Positions 7,152-15,763 of a stretch of DNA of 40,250 nt are shown piece after piece. Source of the stretch: a virus (taxonomy: Duplodnaviria > Caudoviricetes); the IMG/VR virus record IMGVR_UViG_3300024284_000010, positions 1 to 40,250 of that record; one strand, given 5' to 3'. Below the pieces are notes generated by a model. That model was not told where the DNA came from. It saw only the letters and a list, made by a program, of their open reading frames with translations, and made no database searches. Each line of letters opens with the position of its first letter. Positions within the stretch are counted from its first letter, which is position 1. Both the position numbers and the translations under genes were made by a program.

Positions 7152-9180
7152 TTGAAACCCCTTTAGGTTGTGACATTGCTATTTCCTTGTCATCTTGCCT
7201 TTTTTGAATATTTTCTATCAATGAAAATACCTTAACAAAATTTTCAATATGCATTGATTCTACTTCTTTTGCAGCTTTTACTTTATCAAGCATTGTAGAA
7301 GCTTTCTGATGCTCTGACTCATTGTATTTAGTCAACAATGAAACTTGCTCAAGATGACCCTTTTGTGTGCGTTCTTCAGCAAGTGCTCGATCGCTCATTG
7401 CTTTTGATTGTAGAGATTCATTTACAATCTGCTGATTCTGCATCTGAAGTTCCGCCATTTTCTGCTCTTGCTGCTGCTGACCTTCTTGAGTCTTCTGTAT
7501 GGCTTCAATAAGCTTATCCTTGTCTTGAATGGTAAGATCACTAAGCAACTGATCTGGCGGAATAGGCAGACCATCTTTCCAAAGACTATATTTTTGAAGA
7601 TAAGCAAGTTGTTTCGTAGTAGCTGTAAGAGGAGCATTTGTAACCACCGCATCGTATCTTTGAAATGATTTATCACGAAATTCATTTGTTGGTTCTTCCT
7701 CAATCATTCGCTTAATCTTGCCCAATGTATAATTTTTCTGAATAAGAGCCCAATGAAGGCGTCCAGCATTCCGTTGGCTAAGATCCAAGTTATCAAAAAG
7801 CTCTTGGAGGGTTGTAAGGGCCGCACCTTGGCGAAGTTGCTCTGTAATCCCCACATCACTATCTTCCGCTTGTCCCAAAAGTTCTGGTGTAACCCCGGCA
7901 TTTGATTGTATATCCTCTTTAAGGAATTGAGTCGCCTGATAGTTTGCAGGATTAATATTTGCGCCTGGTTTGTCATTGATTTTATTTAATCCACCTTTCT
8001 TAAAGAACCTTACCTTTCCAGGTCCCACTTTGAAAGCATCCGAGTCGTCAATGAGTGCGTCTTCTTCAACATCGACGCCAGAAAACTGAGCAGCGAGAAG
8101 GTCCAATTCAAGTTGTTTCCTGTAATTATAAAGATATTGACTATCTCGAATATTCCTAATGATGCCTTGATAACGAAACGCATAATTATTATTAGCAAGG
8201 TCGTGATACCCCACAAAAGGAGTAAAGGGATACATGTCAACGCCAAGAGGATTAGGACCATCATAAAAACAGGTATTGTTGACAATAATCGCAAGGTGTA
8301 CGGTTGGTACTTTTTCTTTGACAACTACAATATGCGGATATTGCGCTTTAAGTCTTTCCATTTCATCTTTATTAAAGTCTACTTCTGTACTCTCATAGGT
8401 TTCAGGATCAACAATGAATGTTCCCATGCGTTCAGTCAAATACCAATATTCATCATAGGCCAGCCACCCTTTACGCCTAATATTATATTGTTGAGGCATA
8501 AAAGTAAACTTAGTATCAAAATAAGCCTGATCATTAAGCATATCAATATCTTTCTCACGACCAGGCAACAACTGCTTTACTTGCTCCTTATGAAGATATT
8601 TCCTTGTACGTATAAATTGGCAATCACTTAAGTCCATTTCACGCCAAAATGCATCCATCATTATCATATCGGCACTAAAACACTCAGTTCTTAGGTCTCC
8701 GCAAATAGGATCACGTCTATAATCTATCCATGAATGCATTAAGCTTAATCCAGTGATACCAGCAGCCTCTTTAAAGCATGAGCTAATTGTATTATATGTA
8801 TCATCATTGGAATAAGCTGATTGCAAAGCCTTAGTTCCTTGAGATGCTGTCTGAGCACTAGAACCATGAACTGGCAGCATTTGAGTTGCTTTCCGATGCT
8901 GACGCTGCCTACCGCACACCATATTGACTACGGGCATACTATTGTTAAATACAAACTTTTGATGCTCGTAGGAAAGACCTGAATACATATTTAAATAACG
9001 CTGGTCTCCAAGATAAACTTTTCTATCAATCAATTGTTCATAATGAAATAATTGCCAAGGGCTAAGATTCTGTTGATATCTGCTATCTGCTTCAGCTACT
9101 ATATCTCGCTTACCATCTTGGTAGTATGTATTATATATGTTCGGAACAACTTGCGATCTTTCGAGCATTCCACTGGACAT
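7141..9180 (-). CDS. Portal protein (P22-like)
   Basis: 679 aa; YLGDQR, FNNSMPVVNMVCGRQRQ, YPFTPFVGY, GIIRNIRDSQYLYN motifs and a Gln-rich coiled-coil C-terminus; lies between TerL and scaffold. Confidence 0.88.
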   Translation of the reverse strand: MSSGMLERSQVVPNIYNTYYQDGKRDIVAEADSRYQQNLSPWQLFHYEQLIDRKVYLGDQRYLNMYSGLSYEHQKFVFNNSMPVVNMVCGRQRQHRKATQMLPVHGSSAQTASQGTKALQSAYSNDDTYNTISSCFKEAAGITGLSLMHSWIDYRRDPICGDLRTECFSADMIMMDAFWREMDLSDCQFIRTRKYLHKEQVKQLLPGREKDIDMLNDQAYFDTKFTFMPQQYNIRRKGWLAYDEYWYLTERMGTFIVDPETYESTEVDFNKDEMERLKAQYPHIVVVKEKVPTVHLAIIVNNTCFYDGPNPLGVDMYPFTPFVGYHDLANNNYAFRYQGIIRNIRDSQYLYNYRKQLELDLLAAQFSGVDVEEDALIDDSDAFKVGPGKVRFFKKGGLNKINDKPGANINPANYQATQFLKEDIQSNAGVTPELLGQAEDSDVGITEQLRQGAALTTLQELFDNLDLSQRNAGRLHWALIQKNYTLGKIKRMIEEEPTNEFRDKSFQRYDAVVTNAPLTATTKQLAYLQKYSLWKDGLPIPPDQLLSDLTIQDKDKLIEAIQKTQEGQQQQEQKMAELQMQNQQIVNESLQSKAMSDRALAEERTQKGHLEQVSLLTKYNESEHQKASTMLDKVKAAKEVESMHIENFVKVFSLIENIQKRQDDKEIAMSQPKGVSNGQ

Positions 9181-9238
9181 GTTATACCTATATTAAAACT
9201 TTTATATATACCATACAGGCAAAGAGGATTAAAGAGAA

Positions 9239-9466
9239 ATGGATGACACAATACAAGAAATTTGGACTCAAGATCTTATTGATATGGAGAATGAAACGAA
9301 AGAATATATTAAAACTTTGAAAGAAGTCTATAAACATTTAGACAATCTAAAATATGAATGTAGTGCGCGAGAGTATACTTTGGACGAAGATGAAATGTCT
9401 TGGATATTCTATTGCCGAGATACTATTTGGCTAACACTTAAAAAATTTGGGAAAGAAAATGGATGA
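9239..9466 (+). CDS. Hypothetical protein
   Basis: 75-aa ORF, acidic. Confidence 0.55.
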   Translation: MDDTIQEIWTQDLIDMENETKEYIKTLKEVYKHLDNLKYECSAREYTLDEDEMSWIFYCRDTIWLTLKKFGKENG

Positions 9467-9668
9467 AGAAAACAAACCGCATCCTTGGGGTGAATTCCTA
9501 AAAGCAAGAATGAATGCAATCTTATGGATGAAAGAGAAAATGAATCAAGATGATAAAACAATTGCTAAAGATTTATCTATGGATGAAATACAGGTTTATG
9601 CGATTAGGACCTGGGCAGAAAAAGAAAGAGAATTACAGACTGAAGGACTTGAACCTTCCCGTCCGTAA
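9459..9668 (+). CDS. Small HTH-like protein
   Basis: DDKTIAKDLSMDEIQVYAI resembles a helix-turn-helix; overlaps the preceding stop. Confidence 0.5.
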   Translation: MDEENKPHPWGEFLKARMNAILWMKEKMNQDDKTIAKDLSMDEIQVYAIRTWAEKERELQTEGLEPSRP

Positions 9669-9709
9669 TGATTTTTAGTCATTACCATGCTGTACCGTGG
9701 CTAGACTGT
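9634..9709 (-). tRNA. tRNA-like element (degenerate, anticodon AAA, Phe-like)
   Basis: Perfect T arm GAAGG-TTCAAGT-CCTTC; anticodon arm AATGA-CTAAAAA-TCATT; acceptor ACAGTCT/AGTCTGT with one mismatch; irregular D arm; no encoded CCA. Confidence 0.5.
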
Positions 9710-10063
9710 TTATTTTTTGAAATCTAATTTATTGTATTTTCTACGATTTTCTTCTTTAGTGAGATATTGAAGATTAGAAAGACAATGTTTACCGCCTTTA
9801 GAGACAGGTATAATATGATCTACTTCGTATCCCTGAGGACAATTCTTATAAAATCTTCCTATTAAACTTCTTTCCTCCCAACTTACTTCATACTTTTTTA
9901 TTCTACTTCTTCTTTTATAATCCCCTAATCTTTTAGCAAAAATCCCTTTACTTGTATTAAAATATTTCTTTAGAAGACCGTTGTAATGGGCTTTATTATC
10001 AATATCTTTATATAGATCTTGAGCACGTTTAATGAATTCTAAAAAGTCTTCTTGATTATTCAT
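9710..10063 (-). CDS. HNH endonuclease
   Basis: YEVDHIIPVSKGGKHCLSNLQYLTKEENRRK. Confidence 0.9.
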   Translation of the reverse strand: MNNQEDFLEFIKRAQDLYKDIDNKAHYNGLLKKYFNTSKGIFAKRLGDYKRRSRIKKYEVSWEERSLIGRFYKNCPQGYEVDHIIPVSKGGKHCLSNLQYLTKEENRRKYNKLDFKK

Positions 10064-10069
10064 AGTTTT

Positions 10070-10097
10070 ACGTCTGATAATTTACATTATGTTGGCA
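10070..10097 (+). other. dif-like XerC/XerD site (candidate attP or dimer-resolution site)
   Basis: ACGTCTGATAA-TTTACA-TTATGTTGGCA has the 11-6-11 layout of E. coli dif (GGTGCGCATAA-TGTATA-TTATGTTAAAT); intergenic. Confidence 0.6.
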
Positions 10098-10171
10098 GTT
10101 TAAATTAGTTGGGCTTTGTTACATACTTTGAGATATGGTATTTTAATTTTATCAACATATAAATCCAAAGA

Positions 10172-10375
10172 TTATATAGTTTCATTTGGCGCTTCTGGTA
10201 ATGGCATCCAATGAGTTACCCCAACGCATGCATATCCACGATCATCATTCCAACATGTCCCTTCAATACCCCAGTGAGAAGCAATTTTAAAATTTGTTAA
10301 TGATAAATATTTTTCAAATACAAGAACATCTGTATTAGGTTCAGGCAATTTATCGCTGCATTTTATCCAAGTCAT
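10172..10375 (-). CDS. DUF551-like phage protein
   Basis: WIKCSDKLPE...VTHWMPLPEAP signature. Confidence 0.85.
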   Translation of the reverse strand: MTWIKCSDKLPEPNTDVLVFEKYLSLTNFKIASHWGIEGTCWNDDRGYACVGVTHWMPLPEAPNETI

Positions 10376-10518
10376 CGTTTTACCCTTAAATATTTAGCAA
10401 TCTCATTAGCTGTCTGCCAACTTAGCTTCCACTTCCTTTGCATCAGCGGAATAGATAAATGTTTGTAGATTATATAGTATGTCTGGATTTCATGCAGCAG
10501 GTCTTTTGAGACGTTCAT
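10372..10518 (-). CDS. 48-aa FtsK-gamma-like HTH mini-protein (not in ORF track)
   Basis: MNVSKDLLHEIQTYYIIYKHLSIPLMQRKWKLSWQTANEIAKYLRVKR; coupled by TAATG to terL and by ATGA to the DUF551 gene. Confidence 0.55.
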   Translation of the reverse strand: MNVSKDLLHEIQTYYIIYKHLSIPLMQRKWKLSWQTANEIAKYLRVKR

Positions 10519-11873
10519 TATCTCCCCATAAATGGCGGTTGCTGTCCCAATGGAGGCTTTGGCTTCTGGCCATAGGGTGTTTGAGCCTTGAGCCTATCTA
10601 AACTTTCCTTGCTCATTGATCCAGGACCTCTACCAAATTGAATGCGTGCATTAGCCATATACCTAATTGAGTCTGCTGCGTGACTAGTCCAATCATGTAG
10701 GGGCGACTCACTATAGCAGTTTTGTTTTTCATTATATTTTTTGTGGTAGTTTTCCAGACACTTGATTAAATGGCTACACTTTTTTTCGTCTATAAATACG
10801 GTGCTAAGCATAGATCTCGTGGATTCAATACCCACTGAGACATCTGCTTCTCTTTCCAGAATAGTTGCCTTAATTCCTTGCTCATAAGCAACGTCTTGTA
10901 ATGTACGCCCGGTTTGAATAGAACCAGATCCGGCGTCATGCGGCATATAATGAGTGCCGTATACATAGGGTTTGCTTTGTATAAGCTTTGCATAATGCGC
11001 TATCCCTTCTCCTTGAGCTTCGTAGAAATCAATAATACGGAGTTCACCACCAATTTCTTGCCAGAACGTGATTGATGTACTGTCTCCATAACCAATGTCC
11101 CACGCGGTGTGCACAGGACTGCGGGTTTCGTATGACACATTACAAATTCTTCCTTCTGTTCTTGCTTTTTCAATAAGTCTTCCATAATATGATCCTTCTA
11201 CACCACGGTTAAAGCTGCAATAAAATTCTTGTTGTATATGTTCCTCGGATACGCCTTCATCGCGCATCTTCTGAATTTCTTCTTCTGTCAATACATCCGT
11301 TTCATTAATAGGTAATACTTCGCAGAACCAATCTTTTGACTTCTTAGCCATTGTCATTAAGTCGTAAAAATGATTCTTCCCGCGAGGAGTTGATATAAAC
11401 AAAGCATAACCTTTATTAACATCAAGGATAGGGCGCAAATAATCCCAGGCAGCGGGGGACTGTATAGCATACTCGGAGAATATAATAATCTTCGGATTAG
11501 ACCCCACCAAACTATCAATGTTATCAGATCCAATAAGCTGATATAGGGATCCATTTGTAAGCCTTATTTTCATTTCATGACCGTTCTTGGACTCGATACA
11601 CTCTTTGGGGATGTAATCTAGAATGCGTTGTCCATCATTCGTGGAAGAATCCCAAATGACTTTTTTCGCTTGAGAGTATGTAGGAAGAATATGAAAGGCA
11701 GTCCAGCCTGGATTAAGCAGCAATTGAAGTATACACCAATTAAAAGCAGTAACATCTTTACCGCCGCGTCTATGAACGACCCATACAGCACGCTTAGTAC
11801 CGCTATTTAGAGCTTTGATTATCGATATTTGATATGGGCGAGGTTGAAACTTCAATTCCACTTGCAAGGCCAT
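10518..11873 (-). CDS. terL: Terminase large subunit
   Basis: PRPYQ, HRRGGKD Walker A, IIIFSEYA Walker B, FISTPRG, AWDIG nuclease motif, HDWTSHAADSIRY. Confidence 0.95.
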   Translation of the reverse strand: MALQVELKFQPRPYQISIIKALNSGTKRAVWVVHRRGGKDVTAFNWCILQLLLNPGWTAFHILPTYSQAKKVIWDSSTNDGQRILDYIPKECIESKNGHEMKIRLTNGSLYQLIGSDNIDSLVGSNPKIIIFSEYAIQSPAAWDYLRPILDVNKGYALFISTPRGKNHFYDLMTMAKKSKDWFCEVLPINETDVLTEEEIQKMRDEGVSEEHIQQEFYCSFNRGVEGSYYGRLIEKARTEGRICNVSYETRSPVHTAWDIGYGDSTSITFWQEIGGELRIIDFYEAQGEGIAHYAKLIQSKPYVYGTHYMPHDAGSGSIQTGRTLQDVAYEQGIKATILEREADVSVGIESTRSMLSTVFIDEKKCSHLIKCLENYHKKYNEKQNCYSESPLHDWTSHAADSIRYMANARIQFGRGPGSMSKESLDRLKAQTPYGQKPKPPLGQQPPFMGR

Positions 11874-12246
11874 TCGATTTTACCTCTACGACGATTTTTT
11901 GAGCATTATTCTGATTAGATAATGATGGGTCACTTTGTTTTAATCTACATTTACCTAACCATATTAAAAGTGTATTATCTCCGGATAAAGCTTTAGCAAA
12001 TTGAACTTCTCTTAGAATAGAATCGCCTTTTGCTTTCTTTTCTTGCGAATATTCTGAAAAAAGCACTCCGTTATCTTTCCAACATCTATCATAAAGATTT
12101 GGAGGTTTAATACCTAGGCGAGCTGCTATTTCTGTTCCAGAGCAATCAGCTTGCAATAATTCATCCACATATGCCCATGAAATATCAGTAGGAGGTCTAC
12201 CTCTATTTTCTCGTTCAGGAATAGGATAAGAAGGAGCGCAAGTCAT
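11803..12246 (-). CDS. terS: Terminase small subunit
   Basis: GRPP, HTH (EIAARLGIKP) and GDNTLLIWLGK motif; directly upstream of terL. Confidence 0.85.
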   Translation of the reverse strand: MTCAPSYPIPERENRGRPPTDISWAYVDELLQADCSGTEIAARLGIKPPNLYDRCWKDNGVLFSEYSQEKKAKGDSILREVQFAKALSGDNTLLIWLGKCRLKQSDPSLSNQNNAQKIVVEVKSNGLASGIEVSTSPISNIDNQSSK

Positions 12247-12299
12247 ATATAATCCTTTTTAGGATAGTTATAACCTATTTATTTAAATTGTCAATGGTT

Positions 12300-12650
12300 T
12301 CATAGTTCATCCCTATATATTTCGATTAACTCTCGCAAAATCTGCAATAATTTTTCTCTAGGGGGCAATTTAGTTCCTCCTAAATCTAATGTATTTGCTT
12401 TTCTTCCAGATTCTAAAGACATTACATTGACTATAGAAAGGGTACAAGAATATTGTATATTGTCCGGTATGTTTAGGAAATCCTTATGTTCAAAGATGAA
12501 CAAGGCTTCGCTGGCGGCACATCCAAGCATTGTTAAGCAGAAGTTTATTTTGTCATCATCGGTTTTTAGAGTTTTTTTAAGACTATCTTCAATTTGTTTC
12601 ATTTTATCTTTCATCAGAAATTTTCCTAAACTTTTCAAACATTTCATCAA
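12300..12650 (-). CDS. Hypothetical protein
   Basis: 116-aa ORF; start uncertain. Confidence 0.5.
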   Translation of the reverse strand: MMKCLKSLGKFLMKDKMKQIEDSLKKTLKTDDDKINFCLTMLGCAASEALFIFEHKDFLNIPDNIQYSCTLSIVNVMSLESGRKANTLDLGGTKLPPREKLLQILRELIEIYRDEL

Positions 12651-12915
12651 TGGAATCGACTAAGTCTTTCATGGTTATATTTGAAGAGTCCTTATTAGAT
12701 AAACTCAAAGTCAATAAATCAAATATATCAAATTTTAATTCTTTATATTCATCGTTATCCCAATTCATTCGTATATTCCTTTTACAAATAAAATTATTGA
12801 TATACTATATATGATTATTTATTCTTTACTCATAAAAATTCCTATTGCGCGTTAAATTCCAATACTTTAGCATATTTAAATTTATGCGTAAATTTAAAAG
12901 AAAAATAGGTATGTT

Positions 12916-13125
12916 ATGGCTATTGTTTACCAGTTAGATTTTTTTGAGCAGCCAGAAACTAGCATATTAAAAGCAGAAATTGCCAGACTAGAAGATAAAC
13001 TTGACAGACAAAGAAAGAGTCAATTTGCTAAAATTGGAGCCCAAGAAAAAAGAATAACTCAATTAGAAGAAGATATGGAAATCCTAAAGAGAAATATTTG
13101 TACGTCATATAAGGCGCAGTATTAA
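12916..13125 (+). CDS. Small coiled-coil protein with N-terminal QLDFF motif
   Basis: AGGT RBS, heptad pattern, downstream hairpin. Confidence 0.6.
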   Translation: MAIVYQLDFFEQPETSILKAEIARLEDKLDRQRKSQFAKIGAQEKRITQLEEDMEILKRNICTSYKAQY

Positions 13126-13161
13126 AAGCAAGCTGCCGGAAGACAGCCTGCATTTTATTCA

Positions 13162-13830
13162 TTAACTTACTTGAAGAGCAAAAAGAGTCGATGAAGCCAT
13201 AGGAACCACTAAATCAGAATGAAATGAAACAAGATTTACTGGAGAAGTTGAAACACTTCTAAGTTTCAACATATCGCCTGCTTTAACATCAATAATGACA
13301 GTACATGAAAGAGAAATACTATCATCATCTGGTGATTGAGTAAAACCTGCTTCCGCACTTCCTGAAACAAAATTTCCATTTAAATATAGTCCCATTCCAA
13401 AAGATGGAACTGGAGAAGGAAATGGTGCTTCAAGATGTCCATCTACAGAATAACCAATTTGATAAGTACCAGCTTTTAAGAACTTCACTTCACCGGAAAC
13501 ATTTGATTGTGAAATATCAAAATCTGGCGCAGTAATAGCATTTGCACTTGGGAATTTGCAATAATCTAATGCGCCTCCAGAAGCAGTTAAATGTTGATCA
13601 ATTTGAGAATATAGATTGAAATATGCTTTTGATCCTACTTGGGAACAATCGCAATCTTTACCAGGGTCACCTTTAGGACCTTGGAGACCTTGCGGCCCTT
13701 GAACACCCGAAGGACCCATAATTCCTTGAGGACCTGATTGACCTTGAACACCTTGAGGGCCTTGCAAACCTGCTGGACCTTGAGGACCTTGAAGACAACA
13801 AGGCATATGATACATTTCTTCTTTACACAT
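13162..13830 (-). CDS. Collagen-like protein with BclA/C1q-like C-terminal domain
   Basis: About 14 consecutive G-X-Y triplets flanked by Cys, then a beta-rich domain ([22 protein letters not shown]); GGAG RBS before ATG 13830. Confidence 0.8.
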   Translation of the reverse strand: MCKEEMYHMPCCLQGPQGPAGLQGPQGVQGQSGPQGIMGPSGVQGPQGLQGPKGDPGKDCDCSQVGSKAYFNLYSQIDQHLTASGGALDYCKFPSANAITAPDFDISQSNVSGEVKFLKAGTYQIGYSVDGHLEAPFPSPVPSFGMGLYLNGNFVSGSAEAGFTQSPDDDSISLSCTVIIDVKAGDMLKLRSVSTSPVNLVSFHSDLVVPMASSTLFALQVS

Positions 13831-13961
13831 ATAAAAACTCCAACAAAAATATTTTTGAATTACTCCACTGCGCAATTGCTATTAAAGTGAAATTCCTCTG
13901 GATATCTTGGCTGACTGAGCAGTTATGATTATTTTAAAAAAATAGGATTATTTTTTCAAAT

Positions 13962-14210
13962 TTATTCGCATTTGCATTTCTCAAAAGTATCAAACCATTC
14001 TTTGAAGCAGGCTTCATTTTCGCATTGGTCGATCCATGATTGCAAAACTTCATATGCTTGGTTGAAGGAATATTTTTTCAAATAACCTTCTTCAAATCGA
14101 GCAAGTTTGCATGTGCAAGCTTTGTTAAGTTTTCCAACATATTGAGTTTTCAATATTGATTTATATACATTTGGTGGTGTTTTTGTCATAATGCCCATTA
14201 TTTCGTTCAA
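13962..14210 (-). CDS. Hypothetical protein
   Basis: 82-aa ORF in the leftward operon. Confidence 0.45.
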   Translation of the reverse strand: MNEIMGIMTKTPPNVYKSILKTQYVGKLNKACTCKLARFEEGYLKKYSFNQAYEVLQSWIDQCENEACFKEWFDTFEKCKCE

Positions 14211-14314
14211 ATTTTTTCTTCATAAGTTTGGCTATTCTTTTTTGAGAAGGTTTTTTCACAGAAATACCAAACTTTGAAGTCATGGACTTTCCTCCACTGA
14301 CGCAATTTTTCATA

Positions 14315-14902
14315 TCACCAACTTATTTCAATTTTAACATAATACTTTTTAGATTTTACTTGATCATATTGGAATGTAAAACCTTTATTTGAATCTGCCA
14401 AGCCAGGTCTATGGTCTCCAGTGATTTCGGCAGACACACAATCAACTAAATTCTTGAATGACATAGGCAAGTTGTCATGCTTATCAATTTCTTTTTTTGC
14501 ATATCGAATGCATTTTATTGTGCATGGCAATGTTATTATTTGTCGATAAGGAATCATCGCAAATATAACTGCTCGCTTTTGCTCTTTATGGCGAGCATGG
14601 CGTTTTTGCCAAGGCTCGCACATATTAGGGCTTTGAGTTCGCAAAGGCAAAGTTAGAATAAGTTGCCTATTTGCTAAAATTGCCCCAAATTCCAAAGAAG
14701 GCTCAGGATCGATTTTTTTAGGTGCCTTGGGTGATTTTGCATTTGAAACGCGCTGGCTCAACCTTGGTGCCAAAGAAATCGATTTAGAGCCATCGGCGAT
14801 CAACTTTACAAACTCAAAACGGAAGACCGTCGTTTGCTGCCACCTCATTCGATCTTTGGATAAATGGCACATCGGAACGAGGTAAATCAGTTTGCTTTCC
14901 AC
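14315..14902 (-). CDS. RusA-like Holliday junction resolvase (start uncertain)
   Basis: LTLPLRTQSPN, IDKHDNL..SFKNLVD, ADSN...YDQ...VKIEI pattern. Confidence 0.65.
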   Translation of the reverse strand: MESKLIYLVPMCHLSKDRMRWQQTTVFRFEFVKLIADGSKSISLAPRLSQRVSNAKSPKAPKKIDPEPSLEFGAILANRQLILTLPLRTQSPNMCEPWQKRHARHKEQKRAVIFAMIPYRQIITLPCTIKCIRYAKKEIDKHDNLPMSFKNLVDCVSAEITGDHRPGLADSNKGFTFQYDQVKSKKYYVKIEISW

Positions 14903-15167
14903 GCAGCTTGTCTTCGCAAACCTTGATAAAATCCTTGAACTTCTGGTCTTCTTTCTTGGAGTCCATTGAGAAACCTTCGTAGTATTCTTTGGAAGTTCCT
15001 TCGCCTACAACGCCAAAACTTGGACTAGACCAGTAAGTCCCGCCATCTTTCATTTGTTTCTTGCCATAGCAAACATTGTATTTTCCATCTACTGATAGCA
15101 CTGCAATGGCTTTTGTATATGGATCATTTGGGAATTCTTCGAATTTTACTAGCTCTATATTGCTCAT
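14814..15167 (-). CDS. SSB/SpoVG-like single-stranded nucleic acid-binding protein
   Basis: KDGGTYWSSPS beta motif and an SSB-type C-terminal tail NDGLPF. Confidence 0.55.
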   Translation of the reverse strand: MSNIELVKFEEFPNDPYTKAIAVLSVDGKYNVCYGKKQMKDGGTYWSSPSFGVVGEGTSKEYYEGFSMDSKKEDQKFKDFIKVCEDKLRGKQTDLPRSDVPFIQRSNEVAANDGLPF

Positions 15168-15183
15168 TTTATAACCTTATATT

Positions 15184-15540
15184 TTATTTTTCATCATCGC
15201 CTATTTGCACTATTCCGTTATTAGTCCATAAAGTTAAATCTTCGTCTTTATTTCCATACCAATATTCAAATGGATCCAATTTATTTAATTCTTGTTGTTT
15301 TTCTAGCTTTTCTGCCATATCAATCATTTTAGAATTTAAATTCTTGAGAGCATCTATCATGCATTCCTCAACAGAATTTCCCTTTCCTAAAAAATATCCT
15401 AAACCTTCACGGGTATTATATTTATTATCTGAATAATCAAAAAATATATAATATAAACCATCAGAATTGTAAATGCCTATTTTATCGTTAAAATTTTTTG
15501 TTTGTTTGTGTTTTAATTTTATTGCATTGTATTTTTTCAT
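15184..15540 (-). CDS. Hypothetical protein
   Basis: 118-aa ORF; ATGA overlap with the upstream ORF. Confidence 0.55.
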   Translation of the reverse strand: MKKYNAIKLKHKQTKNFNDKIGIYNSDGLYYIFFDYSDNKYNTREGLGYFLGKGNSVEECMIDALKNLNSKMIDMAEKLEKQQELNKLDPFEYWYGNKDEDLTLWTNNGIVQIGDDEK

Positions 15541-15734
15541 TCTTTTCCTTCAATCTCTTTTTTTTGTTTTTGAAAATCGTGTATTTTTTCTGCTTCCTTT
15601 TTCAGCCATTGATCAGGGTATTTAAGTTCTTCAGCTTTTTTATTTCTCTTAGTAAAGGCAATTAAAGCTTGTTCAACAGCAAGTCCAGAAGTAGATTTAT
15701 ACGCTAAAAATATAGCTGACTCACTAAATGGCAT
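15537..15734 (-). CDS. Probable C-terminal part of the replication initiator (frameshifted)
   Basis: Frame stays open upstream to the C10 tract at 15819-15828. Confidence 0.55.
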   Translation of the reverse strand: MPFSESAIFLAYKSTSGLAVEQALIAFTKRNKKAEELKYPDQWLKKEAEKIHDFQKQKKEIEGKE

Positions 15735-15763
15735 TTTGAATTCTTTAGATTTTTCGATAACTT

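Noticed and set aside
7422-8631. Alternative-frame and antisense ORFs inside the portal gene
   Set aside because: Fully nested, without RBS or motifs.
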